From: an uncultured Chloroflexia bacterium
GTDB taxonomy: Bacteria > Chloroflexota > Anaerolineae > Anaerolineales > Anaerolineaceae
Direction of reading: 5' to 3'
DNA length: 32,000 nt
Assembly (NCBI GenBank): GCA_963704755.1
Contig: OY969938.1
Span: 2,190,001 to 2,222,000 of the forward strand
Shown here: in pieces, positions 9,455 to 18,495 of the stretch
How the letters are laid out: each line of letters starts with the position of its first letter
Position numbering within the stretch: the first letter of the stretch is position 1
Position numbers and translations under genes: made by a program
Notes under the pieces: generated by a model
What the model saw: only the letters and a program-made list of their open reading frames with translations
Told to the model about the DNA's origin: nothing
The model's database searches: none

Positions 9455-12319
9455 GTGCGCCCCATCCAGGCTTTTACGCTGGTAAGGGAGCGCGCCTACA
9501 GGCGTGAACACAGCAGCCGAAAGGCAAAAAGACTGCTGCGGAATTCGCTCGTAACCCTGCTGGCGCTGGCCAGCACGGCCGTGGCCCTGGCCGTCATAGT
9601 GCTGGCTTTCTATTACACCGGCCTGACGGCCAACCTGCCGCCGGTCGATGAACTGCCGGTGCTGCTCAACGCGCAAAACGGCAGCCTGTTGCAGCCCACC
9701 CAGTTGTACGACCGCACCGGCCAGCACCTGATCTACAGTCTGGAAAACCCCGGCATACCGCGGCGCTTCCTGGGCCTGGAATCCAGCCAGGGAGAAGCCT
9801 TCAGCCCGGTGCTGGTTCAGACCATCCTGGCCATCGAGGATCCCAATTACAACAACCAGCGCGGCCTGCGCTGGAGCCATCTGGCCGATTCCACCCCGTG
9901 TACCATCGCCGAAAAGCTGGTCAGCGACCTGCTGATGGGCGCTGACGCTTCGGCCGGGCTGCGCCGCTCGCTGCGGATGCGCCTGCTGGCCGACCAGGCC
10001 GTCTCGCGCTACGGCAGCGACCAGATCCTGGACTGGTATTTGAACAGCGCCTATTTTGGACACCTGGCGTATGGGGTCGACAGCGCCGCCTGGCTGTACC
10101 TGGGCAAGCCTGCCAGCCAGCTCAATCTGGCCGAGTCGGCCTTGCTGGCAGCCGTGCTGGATGCCCCGGCCCTCAACCCGCTGGACGCGCCTGCGGCCGC
10201 CCGGGAAAACCAGCAAAAAATTCTGCAATACCTGCTGGTCAGCGGCGCTATCAATACCGAAGAATACCAGGCTGCTCTAAATACGGCCCTGGTGCTGCGC
10301 ACTTCCCTGGATGCCTCGCAAAGCATCGCCCCGGCCTTCTCCAACCTGGTGCTGGACCAGTTGAACACACAGATCGAACGCGAGCGTCTGGAGCGGGGCG
10401 GGCTACGCATCATCACCAGCCTGGACTACGACCTGCAGGAACAGGCCACCTGCACCCTGCAGACCCAACTGGACCACCTGGCCGGCTCCTCGGCCGTTTC
10501 CAGCCTGTGCCCGGCCGCCAACCTGCTGCCCTCTTTGCCCCTCTCCACACCTCAGAACCTGGCCGATAAGCCCCTGGCGGCCAGTGCGGTGATCCTGGAC
10601 CCACAGAACGGCCAGGTATTGGCCCTGGTGGGCGATACCAGCCTGCAGACCGCCGGGGCCAGCCTGCACGATCACCCGGCCGGCTCGCTGCAAACACCTT
10701 TCCTGGCCCTGGCCGGCTTTGCCCGCAGCCTCAGCCCGGCCACCCTGGTCTGGGATATCCCCTCGTCCCTGCCAGGCTACACCGAGCCGGACGGCACTTT
10801 TCACGGCCCGCTGCGCCTGCGTACCGCCCTGGCCAACGATTACCTCGTCCCGCTGACCCAGACTTTGCTGCAGGTCGGCGCCGACACCCTCTCGGTCACA
10901 GCCCAAACCGTGGGACTGAACGATTTCAGCCTGCCCAAGAACGCCGAAGACACCTTTTTCAGCGGCCAGCCGCTCAGCCCACTGGAGATTGCCCATGCTT
11001 ATGGTGTTTTTGCCACCCTGGGGCAGCTCAACGGGCAGGCATCCTCTTCCCCCAGCGGGGTCGCACCGGTCTTGTTCCAGCGGGTGGAAGAGGATGCCTC
11101 CGGTACGGTGCTGCTCTCCAATCAAACAGTAGTCTCCCGGCCGGTGGTCAGTTCCCAACTGGCCTACCTGGTACACGACGTGCTGGCCGACGAATCCGCC
11201 CGCTGGCCCAGCCTGGGCTACCCTAACCCACTCGAAATCGGCCGGCCGGCCGGCGCCAAGACCGGTTGGGCCGACGCGGGCCAATCCACCTGGGCGGCCG
11301 GGTACACCCGCCAGTCGCTGGCGGTGGTCTGGCTGGGCTACGAAACCGAAGACCCGGCCTACCCCGATCTGGGCACTCTGCCGGCCGCCGGCATCTGGCA
11401 CGCCCTGATCCAATACACCAGCCGCAGCCAGCCGGCCCTGGTCTGGGAACAGCCGGCCGGCATCTCGCAGGTGCAGGTCTGCGATCCCTCCGGTCTGCTG
11501 CCCACCAGCGACTGCCCGAACGTGGTCAACGAATTATTCTTGAACGGCAACGAGCCCACCGGCCTGGATAACCTCTACCAGAGCTTCCAGATCAACCGCG
11601 AGACCGGCCGCCTGGCGACGGTGTTCACCCCGCCCGAACTGGTCGAGGAAAAGACTTACCTGGTGGTGCCGCCGGAGGACCAGGAATGGAGCAGCCTGGC
11701 CGACCTGCCGGCCCCGCCCAGCGATTATGATGCCATCCAGGCGCCGGCGGTCAATCCACAGGTCAATTTCAGCCAGCCCCAGCAGTTTTCTTTCGTGCAT
11801 GGCAAGGTCAGCCTGAGCGGCACGGCCACCGCCAGCGATTTTTCATCTTACAGTTTGCAAACCGGCCAGGGCATTAACCCCACCGCCTGGGTGACCATTG
11901 CGCAGAGCAGCACCCCGGTCCAGGATGGGGTTTTGGGGGAATGGGACACCAGCGGCCTGAATGGACTCTACGTGCTGCGCCTGCAGCTCGTCCATACCGG
12001 CCAGCGGGTGGAATATGCGCTCCTGCAGGTCACCGTGGACAATACGCCCCCGCAGGTGAAAATCAGCTACCCGCAGGACGGGCAGGTGTTCAGCGACCCG
12101 ACCCAACGCAGTTTGACCCTGCCGGCCGATGTCAGCGACAATATCGGCATCCAGCGGGTGGAGTGGTGGCTGGATGGCCAGAAATTAGGTGAGCGCAGCG
12201 CCGCCCCCTACGCCCTGGTGTACCAGGCCAGCCCCGGTCCGCACAGCCTGGTAGTGCGCGCCTACGACCAGGCCGGCAACGAGGCCGAATCGCAGAAAGT
12301 TACGTTTAGCGTGAAATGA
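9455..12319 (+). CDS. Class A penicillin-binding-protein-like protein (GT51 + transpeptidase fold) with C-terminal Ig-like domain; catalytic motifs degenerate
   Basis: N-terminal TM anchor. GT51-like stretch AIEDPNYNNQRG ... YLNSAYFG ... LNLAESALLAAVLDAPALNP. Transpeptidase-like AGSLQTPF (expected SxxK) and GAKTGWA (KTG). C-terminal VDNTPPQV...VVRAYDQAGNEA Ig-like module. The GTG start lies 3 nt after the TPR gene stop. Confidence 0.8.
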   Translation: MRPIQAFTLVRERAYRREHSSRKAKRLLRNSLVTLLALASTAVALAVIVLAFYYTGLTANLPPVDELPVLLNAQNGSLLQPTQLYDRTGQHLIYSLENPGIPRRFLGLESSQGEAFSPVLVQTILAIEDPNYNNQRGLRWSHLADSTPCTIAEKLVSDLLMGADASAGLRRSLRMRLLADQAVSRYGSDQILDWYLNSAYFGHLAYGVDSAAWLYLGKPASQLNLAESALLAAVLDAPALNPLDAPAAARENQQKILQYLLVSGAINTEEYQAALNTALVLRTSLDASQSIAPAFSNLVLDQLNTQIERERLERGGLRIITSLDYDLQEQATCTLQTQLDHLAGSSAVSSLCPAANLLPSLPLSTPQNLADKPLAASAVILDPQNGQVLALVGDTSLQTAGASLHDHPAGSLQTPFLALAGFARSLSPATLVWDIPSSLPGYTEPDGTFHGPLRLRTALANDYLVPLTQTLLQVGADTLSVTAQTVGLNDFSLPKNAEDTFFSGQPLSPLEIAHAYGVFATLGQLNGQASSSPSGVAPVLFQRVEEDASGTVLLSNQTVVSRPVVSSQLAYLVHDVLADESARWPSLGYPNPLEIGRPAGAKTGWADAGQSTWAAGYTRQSLAVVWLGYETEDPAYPDLGTLPAAGIWHALIQYTSRSQPALVWEQPAGISQVQVCDPSGLLPTSDCPNVVNELFLNGNEPTGLDNLYQSFQINRETGRLATVFTPPELVEEKTYLVVPPEDQEWSSLADLPAPPSDYDAIQAPAVNPQVNFSQPQQFSFVHGKVSLSGTATASDFSSYSLQTGQGINPTAWVTIAQSSTPVQDGVLGEWDTSGLNGLYVLRLQLVHTGQRVEYALLQVTVDNTPPQVKISYPQDGQVFSDPTQRSLTLPADVSDNIGIQRVEWWLDGQKLGERSAAPYALVYQASPGPHSLVVRAYDQAGNEAESQKVTFSVK

Positions 12320-12496
12320 GGGGAAGTGATTCGGTGATTCGGTGTTACTGTGTCTCGGTCGTTGGGTACCGAATGGGTAGCGCAGCCCTGACACCTGACA
12401 CCCGGCACTTGACACAAATCCTTGAACAGCGTAGCTCGGGTTTCCAACCCGAGAAAGCGCCGATCAAGCAATATCCTGGCCAAGAAACATGCCTTT

Positions 12497-13715
12497 GCCA
12501 AAAAGGAGCCCCACGCAGGTGGGGCTTTGTGTATTTGTAGGTGCAGCTTGAGCTACCACCGGTCCTGGTAAACGACGCCGGTCTCGCTACACCCCCCCCG
12601 GCTTTGAAAGCCGGGCTACAAAAGCCGGGCTACGGCTCGTAGGTTGGGTTGCGGGCTCCCTTATAAAATTTGCCATTTTCCAGGCCTTGCCCGAACCCAA
12701 CATCCTGGTGAAAGATGTTGGGGTGAGCTTGGCCGTAGGCGATGGAGCTATTGGTGATATCCGCTCAACCCAACCTACGTGGATTGCCCAACCGGGTAAG
12801 AGTATTTCTCCAGCTTGCCGGGCAAAATTTCGGCTATGGAATCAGGCAATGCCAAAAAGGAGCCCCACGCAGGTGGGGCTTTGTGTATTCGTAGGTGCAG
12901 CTTTAGCTGCCACCGGTCCTGGTAAACGACGCCGGTCTCGCTACCCCCCCCCCGGCTTCGAAAGCCGGGCTACAAAAGCCGGGCTACAGCTCGTAGGTTG
13001 GGTTGCGGGCTCCCTTATAAAATTTGCCATTATCCAGGCCCTGCCCTTCCAGGCCTTGCCCGCAAACCCAACATCCTGGTGAAAGATGTTGGGTTGAGCT
13101 TGGCCGTAGGCGATGGAGCCATTGGTGATATCCGCTCAACCCAACCTACGTGGATTGCCCAACCGGGTAAGGGTATTTCTCCAGCTTACCGGGCAAAATT
13201 TCGGCTATGGAATCAGGCAATGCCAAAAAGGAGCCCCACGCAGGTGGGGCTTTGTGTATTCGTAGGTGCAGCTTTAGCTGCCACCGGTCCTGGTAAACGA
13301 CGCCGGTCTCGCTACCCCCCGGCTTCGAAAGCCGGGCTACAAAAGCCGGGCTACGGCTCGTAGGTTGGGTTGCGGGCTCCCTTATAAAATTTGCCATTTT
13401 CCAGGCCCTGCCCTTCCAGGCCTTGCCCGCAAACCCAACATCCTGGTAAAAGATGTTGGGTTGAGCTTGGCCGTAGGCGATTGAGGCATTGGTGATATCC
13501 GCTCAACCCAACCTACGTGGATTGCCCTACCGGGTAAGAGTATTTCTCCAGCTTGCCGGGCAAAATTTCGGCTATGGAATCAGGCAATGCCAAAAAAGGA
13601 GCCCCACGCAGGTGGGGCTTCGTGTATTCGTAGGTGCAGCTTGAGCTGCCACAGGTCCTGGTAAACGACGCCGGTCTCGCTACCCCCCCCCGGCTTCGAA
13701 AGCCGGGCTGCGGGC
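12497..13715. repeat. Tandem array of about 354-371-bp composite repeats (3 full units plus a partial fourth)
   Basis: Unit starts (gccaaaaaggagccccacgcagg) at 12497, 12851, 13222 and 13589. Units contain hairpins agccccac-gcag-gtggggct, cccggcttcgaaagccggg and cccaacatcctggtgaaagatgttggg. They also share about 35 nt (cagctaaagctgcacctac..acacaaag) in inverted orientation with the long units of the 2691-4128 array. Confidence 0.9.
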
Positions 13716-13885
13716 GGCCCCAAACCACGTCCCCGTATCCGTGGTAATTTTTGGCCAAACTCATGGGGCGTCGAGGGCCAGACTCGGGTTGGCCAATTCC
13801 CTTTTTCCCCACCAGGCCACAATTCCGGCCCTCGACGGCACCCCACACCGGTGTCACAGAAACACTGCAACACCGTAACACTGAT

Positions 13886-15334
13886 TTACTGTAACAACTC
13901 TTCCAGAATCTTTTTCGCCAGCGCCGGATCGGCTTTGCCGCGCATCTTGCGCATCACCTGGCCGACGAACCAGCCCGCCAGGGTCACCTTGCCGGCCTTG
14001 TACGACTCGACTTCCTTGGGATTCTCGGCCAGCACCTCTTCCACCACTTTGCGGATGGCCGAATCGTCGCTGACCAGGCCCAGCCCTTCCGCCTCGACGA
14101 TCGCTTCCGGCGCTTTGCCGCTGCTTTCCACTTTCTGCAGCAGGCTCTTGCCGGTGGAAGTATTGATCGTGCCGGCGTCCACCAGCTTGAGGATCCCGGC
14201 CAGGTAAGCCGGGGTCAGCTTCAACTGGTCGGCGGTCATACCGGCGTCGTTGAGCATGCGCAGCACGTCGTTCATCAGGTAATTCGACACGCGCTTGACC
14301 TCGCCGCCGTAAGCCTTCACCGCCGTTTCGAAGTAATCGGACAGGTTGCGCTCGTTGGTGAGGATATCGGCGTCGTACTCGGGCAGGCCGTACTCGCGCA
14401 CAAAACGCGCCCGCCGGACCAGGGGCAGCTCGGGCAGCTCGCTCAGAATTTGGGCCTTCCATTCATCGTCCAGGCGGATCGGCAGCAGGTCCGGTTCGCG
14501 GAAGTAGCGATAATCGGCCTCGGTCTCCTTGGAGCGCATCTTGCGCAGCACACCGGCTTCCTCGTCCCACTCCAGCGTCCAGGCCTGGATGCGATGGCCG
14601 GCCTCGACCTCGCGGATCTGGCGCTCGATTTCCTTTTCGATGGCATCGCGCACGTTCTCGATCGAATTGACGTTTTTGATCTCAGTCTTGGGGTTGAGGT
14701 AATCCACTCCCCGCGGGCGAATCGAGACGTTGGCGTCACAGCGCAGTTGGCCCCGCTCCATATCGGCCTCGGAAATGCCCAACCAGCGCAGCAGTTGGCG
14801 CAGGCGCATCAGGTATTGGGCTGCCTCGTCGGCCGAGCGCAGGTCTGGCGCAGTGACCATCTCGACCAGCGGCACACCGCAGCGGTTGAAGTCGATGAAG
14901 CGCTTGCTGCCGGCGTTCTTGGTCTTTCCGGCGTCCTCTTCCAGGTGCAGTTTTTCGATGCCGATGTGGCGGACGTAAGCCGCCCGTTCAGCGGAGGCGG
15001 GGACGGGTAGGTCGATGTAGCCGCCAAAGGCCAGCGACTGGTCATATTGAGAGATCTGGTAACCTTTGGGCAGGTCGGGGTAGAAGTAGTTCTTGCGGTC
15101 GAAGAACGACAGCGGGCGCAGCTCGGCGTGCATAGCGGCCGCCAGGATGACACCTTTTTCTACGGCCGCCTTGTTGAGCACCGGCAGCACACCCGGCATG
15201 CCCGTACAGACCGGGCAGATGTTGGTATTGGGCGGGTCGAACCAAGAATCGGCCTTACACGAACAGAAAATCTTGGTGACGGTGTTGAGCTGGATGTGGG
15301 TTTCCAGGCCAATAACAGCTTCGTAATCAGTCAT
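13886..15334 (-). CDS. gatB: Asp-tRNA(Asn)/Glu-tRNA(Gln) amidotransferase subunit B
   Basis: 482 aa. Canonical GatB N-terminus (YEAVIGLETHIQL, KIFCSC, NTNICPVCTGMPGVLPVLN) and C-terminal YqeY-like tail. Confidence 0.95.
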   Translation of the reverse strand: MTDYEAVIGLETHIQLNTVTKIFCSCKADSWFDPPNTNICPVCTGMPGVLPVLNKAAVEKGVILAAAMHAELRPLSFFDRKNYFYPDLPKGYQISQYDQSLAFGGYIDLPVPASAERAAYVRHIGIEKLHLEEDAGKTKNAGSKRFIDFNRCGVPLVEMVTAPDLRSADEAAQYLMRLRQLLRWLGISEADMERGQLRCDANVSIRPRGVDYLNPKTEIKNVNSIENVRDAIEKEIERQIREVEAGHRIQAWTLEWDEEAGVLRKMRSKETEADYRYFREPDLLPIRLDDEWKAQILSELPELPLVRRARFVREYGLPEYDADILTNERNLSDYFETAVKAYGGEVKRVSNYLMNDVLRMLNDAGMTADQLKLTPAYLAGILKLVDAGTINTSTGKSLLQKVESSGKAPEAIVEAEGLGLVSDDSAIRKVVEEVLAENPKEVESYKAGKVTLAGWFVGQVMRKMRGKADPALAKKILEELLQ

Positions 15335-15404
15335 GATCGATACTCTCTCATAAATGGATACGCCTCTTTACACGCAAAGGTTCTTCTTGATGATTGTATT
15401 TTAA

Positions 15405-15422
15405 CCACGGATGGACACAGAT
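15405..15422. repeat. Solo copy of the CCACGGATGGACACAGAT motif
   Basis: Same motif as 7170-7186, located in the gatB upstream region. Confidence 0.6.
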
Positions 15423-15536
15423 GTACACAGACAAATTTCTCTAAAATCTCCAAAATGTGAAGAAGATCTCCGCAGAGAGCAGACATAGGAACTATCCTTC
15501 AAATTTGTGTTCATCTGTGGCAACTGCTCAGCCTAT

Positions 15537-15605
15537 CGGGAAAGAAAGCCGAATTTGAGGTGATTGCGGTCGAAGACTTCGCCCCCGCAAACACCTCAAA
15601 TTCGG
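15537..15605 (-). terminator. Intrinsic terminator after the DUF4870-like gene run
   Basis: 14-bp stem ccgaatttgaggtg/cacctcaaattcgg with an inner tgcgg/ccgca helix, followed on the minus strand by CTTTCTTTCC. Confidence 0.65.
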
Positions 15606-15643
15606 GGACTTTCTAAATTGCGCCTGAGTAGTGTAATTAAAGC

Positions 15644-16105
15644 TCATTCATCCATTTTTAGCCAGGAATGAACCCAGCCGCCCAGCAACGGGTAACGGAA
15701 TTCGCCCTTTTTGATGGTCTGCCAGCCGCCCACCAGGGCCAGGATGTAGTAGGCCGGCACCACGATCAAGCCAACGAACAAATTGAGCAGAAAAATGAGC
15801 ACGGCCGGGATGTAGAACATTCCGCTCAAGCCCATGTTATTGGTGATCCCCGAGAACATGACGCCGAAAAAGACGGCCCCAAACCAGCCGGCCAGCAAAA
15901 AGAAGATGTAAACCAGGCCCAGGACCACGCCAATCCCCTGGTAGATCAGAGCCTGCAGCGCCTGAAAGCGCAGCCGCGGCGAGCGGTCTTTTTGGGTGAG
16001 GTACACGATCAGGGGAACGATCAGGCCAAAAAAACGCAGCAGCACGCTGAAGTGGCATAAAGCCGCCATCCAGTTATCTTCACGGGTTTCATCGATCTCA
16101 GACAT
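15644..16105 (-). CDS. DUF4870-like small membrane protein
   Basis: 153 aa. N-terminal AALCHFSVLL..GLIVPLIVYLTQKDRSPRLRFQALQALIYQ pattern and 3-4 TM segments. Its ATG overlaps the upstream gene stop by 8 nt (ATGTCTGA). Confidence 0.8.
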   Translation of the reverse strand: MSEIDETREDNWMAALCHFSVLLRFFGLIVPLIVYLTQKDRSPRLRFQALQALIYQGIGVVLGLVYIFFLLAGWFGAVFFGVMFSGITNNMGLSGMFYIPAVLIFLLNLFVGLIVVPAYYILALVGGWQTIKKGEFRYPLLGGWVHSWLKMDE

Positions 16106-16583
16106 CGGCCACCTCCACCGCTGCAGCGGGTGTCCGCAGCAGGTATTTTTCCAGGCGCGGCCCCCAAATGGGGTAATGAAAATTTTTGCCGGTCAGGCAG
16201 AGGATGCCCCCAACCAACCCACCCAGGACGTACAAAGCGCTCATCCCAAAAATGAAGAGGAATCCCAGGGCTTCACCGCCAACGATGACCCAGGGCATGG
16301 CGTTCTGCGAGAGGGTTGCCGTCAGCGCAGCACCCAGGGCAACCATCGCCGCAATGAACCCGACCCCAAGGATGGTCACCAGCCAGTAGAACAGCATAAA
16401 CAAGAGCTGGTAGGCCAACGCCTGTAGAGATTGAAAGGTGGTGTAGGTCGTTTTCTTGCGCTGAGTGACCCAAATCAACAGCGGCACCAGGAACCCAAAC
16501 GGGAGAATGATCGCAGCATGCGCGGCAGCCGCCAGCAGCTTTTCATCGGATGATTCCGGCTGGAACCGAGATGGTTCGTTCAT
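16098..16583 (-). CDS. DUF4870-like small membrane protein (paralog)
   Basis: Trimmed to the ATG at 16583, which has an AGGAGGGG RBS. The product MNEPSRFQPESSDEKLLAAAAHAAIILPFGFLVPLLIWVTQRKKTTYTTFQSLQALAYQ matches the family pattern. The 309-aa ORF-track form overlaps the next gene out of frame. Confidence 0.8.
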   Translation of the reverse strand: MNEPSRFQPESSDEKLLAAAAHAAIILPFGFLVPLLIWVTQRKKTTYTTFQSLQALAYQLLFMLFYWLVTILGVGFIAAMVALGAALTATLSQNAMPWVIVGGEALGFLFIFGMSALYVLGGLVGGILCLTGKNFHYPIWGPRLEKYLLRTPAAAVEVADV

Positions 16584-16606
16584 AACAAATGTCCCCTCCT
16601 TTATAT

Positions 16607-17512
16607 TTACCGTCGGATGTAAAAAAGGTGGCTGCGCTTGCTCAACCACTTTCCCAGAAACGGATACAAATAATCGCGCCCACACAGAAAACGAGCCGTG
16701 GCGACGATGGGCAGCGTTTGAAAGACCGGCACGGCCAGGATGATCACAAAAGCACACAGCAGCGCCAGCAGGCCGAAGATCGCCGTGGCCAACCCGGCCG
16801 CCCCGCCAAATTCGCCCCGGTTGAGCGCCAGGGTGACCCCACCCATGGCCAGCAGCCAGGCCACGCTGATGGTGGCCAACAGTTCCACCACCAACCCGGC
16901 GGCCTGATAAAGGGCCGCCTGCTGGGCCTGGAAGCGCAGAAAAGCGTCCTCGTCCTTGCGCGAAACGTTCCACACCAGGATGCAGCCGGCTAATCCGGAC
17001 AGCCCGTTGAAGAGCCCCAGGTGACACAAGGAAGCCAGGCAGTTCTGCTCGTGTTCGTCCGGCTGTGCGTCCAGGTAGGCGGCCAGCCGGTTACCCAGCC
17101 AGGGGTAGCGGTAGCTGCGCCCCTGCCGGCAGGCAACGCCCGCAGCGATGCCCAGTCCGACGAAAGCCAGGCTGACCAGCAGGTACAGCCCGGCGATGTA
17201 GAGCAGGTACGGCCCCAGCAGCCCGGTCAATGACCGGGGCTCTCCGCCCGGAAACGCCCTGAGTTGTCCATCGACCAGCAGCCAGACCAGTTCGACAATT
17301 GCCAGGATCAGCCCGGCCAGCAGCGCCGCTACCGGCTGGATCACTTGCAGGGCCGCGGCCTGCAACAACTGGAAGCGCAGCCCACCCGAGCGCCGGTGGC
17401 CAATCGTCCACAGGATCAGCGGAGCCAGCAAGCCCAACCCCGGCAGCAGGATCGAAAGATGCCCCAGGAAAGCCAGGCTGCGGTCAGTGGAGGGAAGTGA
17501 GTCAGAATTCAT
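16607..17512 (-). CDS. Membrane protein with two tandem DUF4870-like modules
   Basis: 301 aa. The module signature occurs twice: LAFLGHLSILLPGLGLLAPLILWTIGHRRSGGLRFQLLQAAALQ and LASLCHLGLFNGLSGLAGCILVWNVSRKDEDAFLRFQAQQAALYQ. Confidence 0.8.
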   Translation of the reverse strand: MNSDSLPSTDRSLAFLGHLSILLPGLGLLAPLILWTIGHRRSGGLRFQLLQAAALQVIQPVAALLAGLILAIVELVWLLVDGQLRAFPGGEPRSLTGLLGPYLLYIAGLYLLVSLAFVGLGIAAGVACRQGRSYRYPWLGNRLAAYLDAQPDEHEQNCLASLCHLGLFNGLSGLAGCILVWNVSRKDEDAFLRFQAQQAALYQAAGLVVELLATISVAWLLAMGGVTLALNRGEFGGAAGLATAIFGLLALLCAFVIILAVPVFQTLPIVATARFLCGRDYLYPFLGKWLSKRSHLFYIRR

Positions 17513-17530
17513 AGCAATTAAGAATTAAAC

Positions 17531-17905
17531 CACGGAGGCACGGAGTTCACGGAGAAGAATTTTTGGAATGAGGCCCAGGTTAACAAGCAATCCTTTTAAT
17601 TTCACTTGATTTGTGCATGCAAAGAATCAAGAGTTTTAACCACGGAGACACAGAGTAACGGAGGCACGGAGTTCACGGAGAAGAATTTTTGGAATGAGGC
17701 CCAGGTTAACAAGCAATCCTTTTAATTTCACTTGATTTGTGCATGCAAAGAATCAAGAGTTTTAACCACGGAGACACAGAGTACACGGAGAAGTATTTTA
17801 ATATAGGGCTCAAGTAAACAAGCAATCCTATTGATTCTCCTGGTTTATGCAGGCAAAGGATGCGGAGATTTTAACCACGGAGGCACGAAGGGCACGGAGA
17901 AGAAC
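17531..17905. repeat. Direct repeats (two identical 125-nt copies, period 126, plus degenerate copies) carrying fossil GxxExxY gene 3-prime ends
   Basis: 17531-17655 and 17657-17781 are identical, and a diverged third copy follows. On the minus strand each unit encodes ...EIKRIAC-stop. This resembles the real gene end ...GIKRIVC-stop at 17920. Confidence 0.85.
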
Positions 17906-17919
17906 ATGAGTTTTTCGAG

Positions 17920-18294
17920 TTAACAAACGATCCTTTTGATTCCTTTAGTCAGCACAGGCACGTTGAAATTTATGATCAGGCCAACTTTGCAGCCGGTGAG
18001 TTTCAGGTAGGTTAACAATTGTGCCTCATGGATTGGCTGGATCGTCTCGACTGTTTTCAGTTCAACGACAACCTGTTGGTCGACTACGAAGTCCATCCGA
18101 TAGCCAAAATCAAGCCGGGCGCCTTTGTATACCACAGGTAAGGTCTTTTCGCGTTCAAAGGGAATTTCCAATAATGAAAGTTCTCTTGCCAGGCAGATTT
18201 GATAAGCCGATTCCAATAACCCTGGCCCTAGTACCTTATGCACTTCAATAGCGGCGCCAATGATTTGCCCTGTCAATTCTTCAGCGTATAGCAT
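17920..18294 (-). CDS. GxxExxY protein (PD-(D/E)XK nuclease-like family)
   Basis: 124 aa with the signature GLLESAY, VDFVVD-type ([14 protein letters not shown]) and the LLTYLK..GLIINF tail typical of the family. Confidence 0.85.
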   Translation of the reverse strand: MLYAEELTGQIIGAAIEVHKVLGPGLLESAYQICLARELSLLEIPFEREKTLPVVYKGARLDFGYRMDFVVDQQVVVELKTVETIQPIHEAQLLTYLKLTGCKVGLIINFNVPVLTKGIKRIVC

Positions 18295-18495
18295 CGTTGA
18301 TCCTCGATGGATTTTTCAAGTGCAATTTCAGCGACGAATTATTTCCTTTTCCTCAAAGGCGATTCTTTGCGTTTTCTATACCTCTATGATTCTTTCTTAA
18401 AAAGGTCTTCTCTGTGAACTCTCTGATCTTTTTTCTCTTTTCCTAAATTAAAGGTTTTCTCAGTGAACTCCGTGCCTCCGTGGTTTATTTCCTCT

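Larger units (their letters stand above)
17525..18486. mobile_element. GxxExxY gene cassette bounded by perfect 24-nt inverted repeats
   Basis: aaaccacggaggcacggagttcac at 17525-17548 is the exact reverse complement of 18463-18486. The interior holds the repeat array 17531-17905 and the GxxExxY gene. No transposase is present. Confidence 0.45.

Noticed and set aside
12687-13363. 131-aa and 121-aa plus-strand ORFs inside the 360-bp array
   Set aside because: They are repeat-derived near-duplicates that overlap each other, with low-complexity composition and no RBS. The period varies by indels, which would break any frame.
16584-17027. N-terminal 148-aa extension of the ORF 16098-17027
   Set aside because: The extension overlaps the well-supported 16607-17512 gene in another frame and is Gly/Arg/His-rich. 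An internal ATG at 16583 with a strong RBS starts exactly at the conserved family N-terminus.
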